DNA from: Candidatus Heimdallarchaeota archaeon
Lineage (GTDB): Archaea > Asgardarchaeota > Heimdallarchaeia > JABLTI01
DNA length: 64,000 nt
Assembly (NCBI GenBank): GCA_018238155.1
Contig: JABCTZ010000036.1
Location: 192,001 to 256,000 of the forward strand
Direction: 5' to 3'
Each line of letters begins with the position of its first letter. The stretch's first letter is position 1. The translations under genes and the position numbers were made by a program. Shown in pieces: positions 27,954 to 37,316 of this stretch. The notes under the pieces are model-generated. The model did no database searches and was not told the DNA's origin. It was given only the letters and a program-made list of their open reading frames with translations.

Positions 27954-29516
27954 TTAGATATGATCGATTAATAGCAATTGTTCATAGCTTGGTTTCAATT
28001 GCTCGATAACTTTTTCTTGGGTTTTCTTTGCTTGTTTGCCAAGGTTTTCATATTTGATGATTATTTTTATCAATTCATCATCAGTTAATGCTCTCATTTT
28101 ATCAATATCCTCAGAGATGCTCTCAACAGTGGTTAACTCTCCTTCAGATTTGATTTCTCTACGAAGCATTGTTTTTACTTCTTGGACAGCATCATTGATT
28201 AAGTTTCGTGGAATATCGAAGAGTTCAACAAGTCTCTTTGCATCATCCAATGTAAGTATAGCAATTTCATTTTCTACATAGAACTGATCTTTTCGTAGCA
28301 CAGTTTCACCAATTAAACTGTAGAGTGTACGTAAATCAACATGAGGTGTTTTTTCTGGATCATGAATATCAATCAGTGATTTGAAAAACATGTCTCGAGT
28401 AACTTTTTTACGAGCATATGCTTCAGATTCTCCTGCTTTCAATGAATTTGGTATGGACAAATCAGCAAGTAATCCGATGAAATGGATAGCTAGTTTACTG
28501 ACACCTTTAGAGCCAAATGCTTTTGTCTTTTCAAGTAAAGAGACAAGCGCTGGATTTGCAGTCATATTATTTAGACAGAGCGTGAGATGTTCTTTGAACA
28601 TATCTTCAACGATTTTTACTCGTTCATGTTTTGTTCTTGCTGGCCATAAAACTTCGGGAATACGGTTGATTATTGGTTGCGCTTCTTCACCGAAGACACT
28701 CAAGGGAGCATTTGAAGTAAAGATCATTGCACCATCTATAAAAGCAGGACGACCTTGAATACTGTATTTAATTCCACTTGGATCTTCCAAGAAACCCATT
28801 AATGCTTCAAGGAAATTCAATGGTAATCTTTGAATTTCGTTTACAACAACAAAACCTTGAGAGAGAACACCTACTTTGTGTGCCATTGGAGAGAAGGTAG
28901 TACTTGTTTCTCCTCCAAATAGTTGCTCAAGATTTTCTACACCTGCAAGAAGCATGTAAAGACCTTCTGGATCATTTCTGGGGTCAATTTGTGCTACATT
29001 GACAACTGTTTTTTCTGCTTTAACTGCATGTAATGCTTTGACCATCATTGCAGATTCTACTTTAGCAACATCTGAACTTTTATTCAGATTAATGTCTGAA
29101 CCTGTAACTTTCTTGAGTGATTCGCTTATAGTCTTTTGACAGAAAGGACAAAGACTCTTCAAGACTCCTGCAGAAGCTTTGGGATCCTTTTCAAAGGATT
29201 CAGCAATATGAATGAGATATCCGGCGTCTTCATTGAATGGGCAGTTATTAATGTGCCATTTCTTTTCATTGATTTCATGAGTAAGATGCTTAAGCATAAC
29301 TCTCGCAAAAAGAGTTTTAGCTTCACCTGTAGGTCCAATTAGAAGCACTTTGCCTGAAACTGCTATCTTATCCATGACAATACCTTTTGAGTGTTCATTT
29401 CCACGAACTGCTGGATCGTCATTAATTCGTTTTCTTAGTTCGGGGTCATTCAAAAGTCTTCTAACAGAGCACCCAGAATACCCTTTTTTCGCTAAAGAGG
29501 CAATTGTTACTAACAT
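27954..29516 (-). CDS. AAA+ ATPase of PrkA/YeaG / Mg-chelatase-related clade
   Basis: Walker A LIGPTGEAKT, CPFNED...LCPFC insertion, Walker B variant VVVNE, sensor-1 IFTSN, R-finger IINR. Confidence 0.75.
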   Translation of the reverse strand: MLVTIASLAKKGYSGCSVRRLLNDPELRKRINDDPAVRGNEHSKGIVMDKIAVSGKVLLIGPTGEAKTLFARVMLKHLTHEINEKKWHINNCPFNEDAGYLIHIAESFEKDPKASAGVLKSLCPFCQKTISESLKKVTGSDINLNKSSDVAKVESAMMVKALHAVKAEKTVVNVAQIDPRNDPEGLYMLLAGVENLEQLFGGETSTTFSPMAHKVGVLSQGFVVVNEIQRLPLNFLEALMGFLEDPSGIKYSIQGRPAFIDGAMIFTSNAPLSVFGEEAQPIINRIPEVLWPARTKHERVKIVEDMFKEHLTLCLNNMTANPALVSLLEKTKAFGSKGVSKLAIHFIGLLADLSIPNSLKAGESEAYARKKVTRDMFFKSLIDIHDPEKTPHVDLRTLYSLIGETVLRKDQFYVENEIAILTLDDAKRLVELFDIPRNLINDAVQEVKTMLRREIKSEGELTTVESISEDIDKMRALTDDELIKIIIKYENLGKQAKKTQEKVIEQLKPSYEQLLLIDHI

Positions 29517-29563
29517 TTTTCGTTACACTTCCAAAATTATCTATTGTTCTTCTATTTTTAAAT

Positions 29564-30118
29564 TTATTTTTTCTCTCGTTTAGATTTTTTTGCTTTCAGT
29601 TTCGATGATTCTTTTTTCTTCAACATTTTTGGTTTTATTCCTAAAACTTCAATGTAATCATCTAACCAGTTAAAACAGCTGAGTATATCTTCTGTTTTAT
29701 TTTCATGTATTTCCATTACATTCCATAATCTATCCGTTAATCTGATTAAGGAATAAGCTTCGATTATTTCTGAAGATGTTAAAGCAATAGCTTTATCTGC
29801 ATTGTAACTAGCAATCAATACTGGAATGTTTTTTGTAGCTTCATTCCAAACAAAATATTCCCAGAGATATTCCTTAATTCGAGAGAGTTCTTTCGTTTTT
29901 GTAGAGTTAATTAAGAATACAGTACCATCAGTTTTTTTGAGAAGAGCTTCACGTAAGCCGCTCTCGTAATCTGGTTCTTCCAAAGAAAAAGTATGTGTTG
30001 GTATTTTTTCTTTTGGATCCTTTACAGATTCTTTTATAACATCCACTATATAATCTCTCGTTTCCGATTTTTCTCCAATAAATAGAATATGTTTTGGCGG
30101 TTTAGTACGTTTGAACAT
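29564..30118 (-). CDS. Arf/Arl-fold pseudo-GTPase (degenerate G motifs) with Lys-rich tail
   Basis: TDGTVFLINS, IPVLIASYNADK, EIIEAYSLIRLTDRLWNV, CFNWL match the Arf C-terminal half; no GxxxxGKT, DxxG or NKxD. Confidence 0.7.
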   Translation of the reverse strand: MFKRTKPPKHILFIGEKSETRDYIVDVIKESVKDPKEKIPTHTFSLEEPDYESGLREALLKKTDGTVFLINSTKTKELSRIKEYLWEYFVWNEATKNIPVLIASYNADKAIALTSSEIIEAYSLIRLTDRLWNVMEIHENKTEDILSCFNWLDDYIEVLGIKPKMLKKKESSKLKAKKSKREKK

Positions 30119-30388
30119 TTATTTCACTTCATCTTTTCCTTTGTAGTTGATAAAACCGCTATTGCAAGGATTTATCCTGTATTTAACTCCTCTAACAATA
30201 ATAATATCGTTTCAAATGATTATTTGCTAATAAATGATTTTGTTATTCTTTTTTTATTTTCATCAATAACACCCTATAAATTCATTTCTGTCAATAATTG
30301 ACTGTAAAATTATTAAAGGATTATTCTAGTAAACATTAAATACATAAAAAGTATCTAAATATATTACCTAGCAAAAAATTGTTTTGAG

Positions 30389-31075
30389 ATGATTCTGTTG
30401 TCCCAAGAAAATAATTCACCACCAGCTGAAAATTCTTTATCTTTAGAAACAAATGAACCTGGAGAAGAATTTCGATCAGTATTTGTGATACCCAAAAAAA
30501 TCAAACAAGCAAGAATTGTGATAAGTATCGCTCAAGGAATTATGGGCATATTTCTTATTGCTCTACCGACCATGTATTTTGTAAATCCTAAAAATCCTAC
30601 TACTTCATTAACAATATTTGCCATTTTAGGGTTAACCTTTGGAGTTGTATTATTGGGCCTACTCCCAACGAATATTGCTAAAACCATTAATTCCAAATTG
30701 ATTTTAGGTCAAAAAAGTGTTAGTATTAGAAACTCCTTTGGATGGAAAGTATTTCCATGGAAGGAAATTCAAGAGATTTTGATTACTGAAAAGTTAAGTA
30801 GTGACCCAAATAACCCTAAATCTATTGGAATTAGTTTGATTCGTTTTCGTACAATTACAAAAAGCACTTACTTTATGGCTGAATCGTATCCTGCTGATGA
30901 AGTTAGAGAACTTAAGAAATCAACAAAAGAAGCTTTTGCAACTGCATTATTAGGAACAGATTATTCTGTATCAGAAAAAACAGAAAGACCTTCTGTCCGT
31001 TCAAGATTTATCTATTATTATAAGGCAACAGCTAAAGCAAATCAGGTATCAATTTCCGAAAAAAATAATGAATGA
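30389..31075 (+). CDS. Two-TM membrane protein with bacterial-type PH-like domain
   Basis: Two hydrophobic helices, then KLILGQKSVSIRNSFGWKVFPWKEIQEI. Confidence 0.6.
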   Translation: MILLSQENNSPPAENSLSLETNEPGEEFRSVFVIPKKIKQARIVISIAQGIMGIFLIALPTMYFVNPKNPTTSLTIFAILGLTFGVVLLGLLPTNIAKTINSKLILGQKSVSIRNSFGWKVFPWKEIQEILITEKLSSDPNNPKSIGISLIRFRTITKSTYFMAESYPADEVRELKKSTKEAFATALLGTDYSVSEKTERPSVRSRFIYYYKATAKANQVSISEKNNE

Positions 31076-31098
31076 ATTATAAATAAAAAAAATCAATA

Positions 31099-31134
31099 AA
31101 TGAAGCATTTCGATATAATAATATCTGCTTCATT
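31099..31134. terminator. Hairpin between convergent genes (possible bidirectional terminator)
   Basis: AATGAAGCA-(TTTC)-GATAT-AATA-ATATC-TGCTTCATT. Confidence 0.5.
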
Positions 31135-31139
31135 CAGGA

Positions 31140-32234
31140 TTATTTCTTCTTTTCAGCTTTCATTCTGGAAGCTGCAATGAGCTCGAATCCTTGAGCGTTA
31201 CACATTACTGGATTGTCAGGTACGACTACTTCTTCTGGTGATTTAACGATATTCTCTTTCCACATCATCTCTTTTAGAACATCACCAAAGACATAGGCTC
31301 CACCACCTGTCAATATAACTCGTTCTATCCATGCATCGGGTGGTAAAGTTCCAAGTAATCTTGAGGTTTCATCAATAATAATTTCAGAAATATTTTGAAT
31401 ATAATATTCCTTGACTTCTGAAACATCGTATTGTTGTCCACCAACCATAACAGCTTTTAGATTCTTCTCAATTGTTTTCATTAAATCGAAAGGTCTAATG
31501 ATTTTACCAGTTTGGTCCTGCAACGTTCGAGCCATACGTGTTGTTAAAGTATCAACTGCTTCCTCTAAACTACCACTTGCAGTTCTCATTAAACGCCCTT
31601 GATAAACAGTAAGGATGTCAGTAGAACCATGACCAATATCTACAATAATAGCGTCTACAGCTCTGCTTTCTCCAGAGGATTTTAAGATTTGATAGTAAGA
31701 TCCGTAAGGTTCTGGTAATACAAGACATTTTTTAACGTTGACATTGTAGTTGTGACTTTCGCCTGTAGCATCATTTTTAACGTTGATTTCCATCTCTTCA
31801 GACAAGCCCTTAGAAAGTGTGGACATCTCTTCTTGGGATGTTGCAACAGGTACTCCAGTAGCAATGAGAATTTCTTCCCCATCTCCCTTTATGAAAAGGG
31901 AGAGAGCTGCTTTAATAGCTATGACAGCATCTTTGATGCTTTTCATCTTACCTTCAGATGCTAAAGGTCGTTTGATTTCGCTTTGCAAACGAGCTAATTC
32001 TCCAACAAAGAATGATTTACCGTTTTCTTCTAATACAAGGTTGTTCTCGAGTGACTTGTCTAAAGTCATACCAGTCCATCCAGGATTTGGATCACCAATA
32101 ATTGATGGAATTTTCACTAAATTTTGACCGTTGTTCGATGATATTTTAATAGTGCTTGTTCCGAGATCTATCCCTACACTACGTAATGTTTTCTTAGACA
32201 CATTTTGTACCTTCTGTTGTTTTCTAAAATTCAT
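31140..32234 (-). CDS. Actin-fold ATPase, ParM/StbA (Ta0583-like) family
   Basis: Phosphate-1 GIDLGTSTIK, connect-1 ATGVP/LPEPYG, phosphate-2 VDIGHGSTD, adenosine LTGGGA, connect-2 NAQGF. Confidence 0.88.
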   Translation of the reverse strand: MNFRKQQKVQNVSKKTLRSVGIDLGTSTIKISSNNGQNLVKIPSIIGDPNPGWTGMTLDKSLENNLVLEENGKSFFVGELARLQSEIKRPLASEGKMKSIKDAVIAIKAALSLFIKGDGEEILIATGVPVATSQEEMSTLSKGLSEEMEINVKNDATGESHNYNVNVKKCLVLPEPYGSYYQILKSSGESRAVDAIIVDIGHGSTDILTVYQGRLMRTASGSLEEAVDTLTTRMARTLQDQTGKIIRPFDLMKTIEKNLKAVMVGGQQYDVSEVKEYYIQNISEIIIDETSRLLGTLPPDAWIERVILTGGGAYVFGDVLKEMMWKENIVKSPEEVVVPDNPVMCNAQGFELIAASRMKAEKKK

Positions 32235-32471
32235 TATTGAATAGCAAATAAAAACTAATCGCTATATTCAATGGTAAATTCTTTCTATTGTATGTTTTAT
32301 CTATCTAATTATTATACATTTTCCCTTTTAAACTTCTAATTAAAATTTCTTTGCATTTAGAAAAATGTACTATTTTACCCATATTTGCCTATAAAAGAAA
32401 TTATTTAATAGTATTCTTAGAACTAGTATTAATAGTGTAAGGTTTACACTTGAAAATAGATTAAATAGGTA

Positions 32472-33446
32472 GTGAATAATTTGATTGAAGATATCTTTGA
32501 ACATGTTGCAATTCTAAATGCACATATAGCACAGAAAATTGTTGAGGCGGAAGGCATAGATGATTATTGTTCTACTCCTTGTGATATAGCTATAATCAGT
32601 CATGATAAAAAATATGTTCAAAGAAATTACATAGGAAAAATGCTTCATCACTTAGCTGAATTTGAATTTATGGAACGAAGAGGAGATGTTTTTGTTTTAC
32701 AAGAAGCATGGAGAAGAATATTGCCTGCTAAAGTAAAGTCTGTGAAAAGCCTAAGGGAAGAAGGTGCTCATTCGCTATTTTTATTTCAAGAAGTTCTTGC
32801 AAAGAAATTTATCGAGATAGCTAAAAATGAATCTCAAAAAATTAGTTTATCTGAACTTATTTATTACATTGATACTATAGATAGTTGTGATGGTTTAAAC
32901 TTGATAAGATCTGATGCCATTGCAGAATTAGATTTATCCCGTTCTTCCAAGAAAATTTTTGACTATAACCAAGGGTTAGGGTATAGTGCAATTCAATTGT
33001 CTTCTCTATTTTCTAAAAGTACAATTTATTCATTGCAATTAAATCCTGCATTCCGAGACGCTTATGCTTATACCATCAACAAATTTCAAAAGAAAAATAT
33101 TAAATTTGCTATTGACTATCCATCTGAAATGATTAATCAATTGATGAAAGACAAAGTTGATTTAATTTGCATGTTTAATCCTTTAGGAATAGAAGTTCGA
33201 GAAATAAGCCGTTTTCTTGATATTTCCAAACAAATATCAAAAGAAGGGACAAAGCTGTTGATTCAAAATCCACTAATAGATGATCCAAAACATTCTCTTA
33301 TCGCAGAATGGTTAGGAATGTGTGTTGAAGGTATGGGATTATATTCAACATTAGAAAATTATAAAATAATATTATCACAACATGGATTTGAAGTTGAAAA
33401 AGTAGAAAAGAAAAACAATATTATAATAGCAAAATACAATCCATGA
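32472..33446 (+). CDS. Methyltransferase-fold protein with N-terminal wHTH, degenerate SAM motif
   Basis: IFDYNQGLGYSAIQL motif-I-like, KVDLICMF, KEGTKLLI, ILSQHGFEV. Confidence 0.55.
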   Translation: MNNLIEDIFEHVAILNAHIAQKIVEAEGIDDYCSTPCDIAIISHDKKYVQRNYIGKMLHHLAEFEFMERRGDVFVLQEAWRRILPAKVKSVKSLREEGAHSLFLFQEVLAKKFIEIAKNESQKISLSELIYYIDTIDSCDGLNLIRSDAIAELDLSRSSKKIFDYNQGLGYSAIQLSSLFSKSTIYSLQLNPAFRDAYAYTINKFQKKNIKFAIDYPSEMINQLMKDKVDLICMFNPLGIEVREISRFLDISKQISKEGTKLLIQNPLIDDPKHSLIAEWLGMCVEGMGLYSTLENYKIILSQHGFEVEKVEKKNNIIIAKYNP

Positions 33447-33563
33447 AACAAATTCTTTTTCATATACAACCGGTATTTTTTTTAGAAATTGAGTAATAAA
33501 CAAATTTAAGAAAAGAATTAACCGTAGTAAGACATTCAATTCAATTTGTAGAGTCTGAAAAAA

Positions 33564-36197
33564 ATGTCTGGTAAAGCTTTTCAATATTATGTGTTCCTAT
33601 TGGATTTTAAAGAGGAAACGCATCAAGTAAAAATGCTTATTCTACCGGCAAAAGCTGCTTCTACAAGAGTCACACCAAATGAAAGAGCAAAACTTCAATT
33701 TGTGGTAGAAAATAACCGTTTAAGACCCTACAAATATTTTGTTTCAGATAAAATTGGAAGCGAATTCAAACGTCCCGATGAAATCACAGAAGTTTTCCGT
33801 AAAGCTAAAGGAGTAATTATTTCACTAGATGATCAACCAAGTGACTACCATTTATATGAGGAGTATTTTAAAACATTTAATGTTAAAACGCCAACAATTA
33901 GGCGAATATGTAGACTGTGTTTAATTGATCAACAAAAAGTAACTATTTTACCTGATGATAGACAATACTCCGTTTCTGGGAGAAAAGCTTGTTATCAATG
34001 TGCAAAGGATGAATTAGATCGAGAATTCAAATCAAGAGAAATTAGATTGACAAAAAATGGTCGAAATCATTTTTATCGTTTATTAAGGAAAATCAAAAAA
34101 ATAGATGATATTTTGGAAACTTTTGCTTACAATTTTAGACCGGCAAAAAGACCTGAATTGACCATTTATGATACCATTGGAGATATAGATGATCTTTCCG
34201 AAGCAAAATATCTTGATCAATTAGCTATTCCTGGGAGACTTAAGGAAATTCTTAGAAAAATCGGTATCAAAAAATTACTTCCCATTCAAGTAAAAGCATT
34301 AAATGCCGGGTTATTACTAGAAGAAAATTTATTGATAGTTGCCGGAACAAGCAGTGGAAAAACGCTTATTGGTGAGATGGCTGGATTACTTAAAGCACTA
34401 CAAGGAAAGAAAATGATTTATCTGAGTCCATTAGTTGCATTAACTAATCAAAAATATGAGGACTTTAAAAAGAAATATTCTCCGGAAGGATTGCGTGTAG
34501 CAATTAGAGTTGGAATGAGTAAAATCGATGTGGGAGAAGAAGAGAGATATATTATTGACACGGGATATCGTAGTGCTCAAATCATTACTGCAACATATGA
34601 AGCATTTGATCTTCTATTAAGAAACGCAAAAGCAAGAGATTTAGGTGATATTGGCACAGTAATTATCGATGAAATTCAACTTTTGAATCAAAAAGAACGA
34701 GGCCCAGAACTTGACGGAATCATTGCTCGAGTAAAAAACCTCTTCCCGAAAGCGCAAATATTAGGTCTTTCTGCAACAATAGGTAACCCAGAAGTATTAG
34801 CAAAAGATTTGGAATTAAAAATTCTTATACATGAAACAAGACCAATCCCATTAGAAAGACACGTAATTATGGCCCAAGATCAGGATGAGAAAGAAATTCA
34901 TCTAAGAGATCTGATACTGGCAGAATATAATGTAAAATCTTCGCAAGGATATTTTGGTCAGACGATTGTTTTCACAAATTCAAGAAGACATTGCTATGAA
35001 TTAGCAAGGAAGCTCAACAAAAGTGGGTTACGAACAACGGTTTATCACTCAGGTTTAACATATCAAGAGCGAAAAAGAGCTGAAGCTGGTTTTGCAGAAG
35101 GAAAATATGCTTCGATAATAACTACTGCTGCATTGGGTGCCGGTGTAGATTTTCCGGCAAGTCAAGTGATTTTTGAATCATTAGCAATGGGCATTGAATG
35201 GATTTCTGTTGCAGAATTTTATCAAATGACCGGTCGAGCAGGGCGGTTAGGATATCATGACAAAGGTAAAGTTGCTCTTCTAGTTCAACCAAATAGAAAA
35301 TACCATCGATCAATGGATGAATCAGAAGATTCTGTAGCATTCTCTTTATTATCAGATGAGATCGAAGATGTTGATCCTTTAATGGAAGGTGAAAGGCAAT
35401 TAGAACAAATATTAGCTACTATTGTAGCATTAAAAGAACCAACGTTAAAGGATATAGTAAAAGCTTATGATGAAATGTTAGGTCCATCGGAACCACTAAA
35501 GAATTCATTACAAGCATTACAAGACTTAGAAATGATTAATATTTATCAAGAAGGACCAAGAGCAACAAAATTAGGGAAAGCTACATCAAGAACATTTTTA
35601 CATCCTTCAGAAGCAGGCGCGATAAAAAAGAAGCTACAAAATACTAGCCCGTTGGAAATTGCAATAGATCTAGAGCCTTTTTCAAGTATTTTTCTAACAT
35701 CTAAAATACAAACTGAAATTGAAAAAACTCTAAGGAGTGGATATATTGGCTCCAACTTATTCGCGGGTTCGGTTTTGGAATATATGGATAATGCTCTCGA
35801 CAAACGACCGAATCTACCAAAACTTATTATCAGTACCTTTGCAAAATGGCAGATAGAAATTTTCAATTGTAATTGTATAGATAATCCATGGTGTGATTGT
35901 GGACAACGTTCGCTCTCAAGAGTAATAGTAAAATTGCGCTTAGAGAATAAAAATCTTCGAAAGATTACTACCGCTCTTCAAACAGGATACAATTTGTATG
36001 CGTATCCTGGTGACATTTATCGTTGGTTCGATACGCTTATTCACCATTTACGAGCTGTGGCTAAATTAGCTGTAGTATTTGATGAGAGAGGCACCATGAA
36101 ATTAGCTTTGAATACAATCAAAATGATTGAACGTCCTTGGATTGTTTCAAGATTGAAACGAATTCAGAAAACAAAAAAAACTGATATACCATTATAA
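33564..36197 (+). CDS. Archaea-specific Ski2-like SF2 helicase (COG1202 type)
   Basis: TSSGKTLIGE, PLVALTNQKY, IDEIQ, LSATIGNP, FTNSRR, AGVDFPASQV, QMTGRAGR; C-terminal CNC-x4-CDCG. Confidence 0.92.
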   Translation: MSGKAFQYYVFLLDFKEETHQVKMLILPAKAASTRVTPNERAKLQFVVENNRLRPYKYFVSDKIGSEFKRPDEITEVFRKAKGVIISLDDQPSDYHLYEEYFKTFNVKTPTIRRICRLCLIDQQKVTILPDDRQYSVSGRKACYQCAKDELDREFKSREIRLTKNGRNHFYRLLRKIKKIDDILETFAYNFRPAKRPELTIYDTIGDIDDLSEAKYLDQLAIPGRLKEILRKIGIKKLLPIQVKALNAGLLLEENLLIVAGTSSGKTLIGEMAGLLKALQGKKMIYLSPLVALTNQKYEDFKKKYSPEGLRVAIRVGMSKIDVGEEERYIIDTGYRSAQIITATYEAFDLLLRNAKARDLGDIGTVIIDEIQLLNQKERGPELDGIIARVKNLFPKAQILGLSATIGNPEVLAKDLELKILIHETRPIPLERHVIMAQDQDEKEIHLRDLILAEYNVKSSQGYFGQTIVFTNSRRHCYELARKLNKSGLRTTVYHSGLTYQERKRAEAGFAEGKYASIITTAALGAGVDFPASQVIFESLAMGIEWISVAEFYQMTGRAGRLGYHDKGKVALLVQPNRKYHRSMDESEDSVAFSLLSDEIEDVDPLMEGERQLEQILATIVALKEPTLKDIVKAYDEMLGPSEPLKNSLQALQDLEMINIYQEGPRATKLGKATSRTFLHPSEAGAIKKKLQNTSPLEIAIDLEPFSSIFLTSKIQTEIEKTLRSGYIGSNLFAGSVLEYMDNALDKRPNLPKLIISTFAKWQIEIFNCNCIDNPWCDCGQRSLSRVIVKLRLENKNLRKITTALQTGYNLYAYPGDIYRWFDTLIHHLRAVAKLAVVFDERGTMKLALNTIKMIERPWIVSRLKRIQKTKKTDIPL

Positions 36198-36345
36198 AGT
36201 AAATAAATAACACTTATAATCTGTTTTTGGTTCAATTCTTTATAAATTAAATTACTTTCGTATAAAACATCCTATAACCCAAAGTATTTTAATTTCCAAT
36301 AAGTAAATATTGTCGGAAGAGAACTTCCATTTGAGGAATTAGAAA

Positions 36346-36771
36346 TTGGCTGTACTAGAAGCAGGTGTTATGTTTGGCGGAGTACCAATTGTAAGGGTAA
36401 ACTTCTTCAACGATAGTGCAACAGATTCTTTGCTTACAGCAGGACTTTTAGAAGCTATACAGTTATTTGCAGTAGAAATCTTTAATGATGAAACTGAATC
36501 ATTCAAAATGAAAAAATATTGTATACTCCTTCATAATTTTATTCTCTTAAATAATCAAAAGGTTATTTTGTATTCAATTTGTGATACATTAGATAGACCA
36601 AAAGCAATAAACAATATAATGAAGAGTCTCGCATCAGAATTTATAAAAATTTTTCCAGCAGTAGATATGGGTTGTTTACAAAAATATTCTTCTTTTGAAG
36701 AAACAATAACAAAAAAATTAGGCGATTTGATTTTTCGTCCTGAAGATAGGTTGAAAAAAGTCTTTCTATAG
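36346..36771 (+). CDS. Stand-alone longin-like protein (Asgard-type)
   Basis: GGVPIV...DSLLTAGLLEAIQLFAVEIF...ILYSICD...LASEFIKIF...YSSFEETI pattern. Confidence 0.6.
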   Translation: MAVLEAGVMFGGVPIVRVNFFNDSATDSLLTAGLLEAIQLFAVEIFNDETESFKMKKYCILLHNFILLNNQKVILYSICDTLDRPKAINNIMKSLASEFIKIFPAVDMGCLQKYSSFEETITKKLGDLIFRPEDRLKKVFL

Positions 36772-36856
36772 GTAAGTTCACTGTTCAAAAAAGCTATTTT
36801 TCAGCGTCACTATTTTTTAGCTGAATGAATCGAAAAAGAATTATATCATAGTATTT

Positions 36857-37243
36857 TTGAGAGACATGTTGATATTAATGGTTGAAACTAATACTAATTT
36901 AAAGCCGGCTGTTAGAATGGAATTGGCATCAATTGATGATTTAGTGCGAATGGCTTTTTTCAGCGCAGCAAGAAATAATGGTTTGAATTTCTTAGCTTTT
37001 ACTAAGAAAAGTGATAAGAAGTGGTACATCGGCTTCCTTACAGGAGTTGCTGGATACTTCGAATTAAGAGGTGTTCCAATGTTTTTCTATGTAAAATTAG
37101 ACACCAAGCCCGAAAAAAGTAATTTCATTCAATATGCTGCAAAAGTGAAAGAGAAATGGAGTTTTGTTGAATCAACTGCAGAACCTGCAAAATGGAATTA
37201 TTTACCAATAATTGAACTTGCAAATGAACCCGCCTATCTCTAA
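36857..37243 (+). CDS. Conserved archaeal hypothetical protein ('cren protein'-like)
   Basis: VRMELASIDDLVRMA...PMFFYV...LPIIEL pattern recalled from TACK-conserved small proteins. Confidence 0.5.
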   Translation: MRDMLILMVETNTNLKPAVRMELASIDDLVRMAFFSAARNNGLNFLAFTKKSDKKWYIGFLTGVAGYFELRGVPMFFYVKLDTKPEKSNFIQYAAKVKEKWSFVESTAEPAKWNYLPIIELANEPAYL

Positions 37244-37316
37244 AAACATCTCATATTTCTATTAAGAAAAAAAGAGAGTATTATAAAAGAGTAGAAAATA
37301 CAATATAAAATAGACC

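Noticed and set aside
27954-29516. Magnesium chelatase subunit I/D for tetrapyrrole synthesis
   Set aside because: No chelatase H/CobN gene nearby; NE-type Walker B and YeaH/SpoVR-like neighbours fit the PrkA-related clade better
31140-32471. Plasmid/prophage ParMRC partition locus
   Set aside because: No ParR-like gene, centromere repeats, integrase or att-like repeats seen
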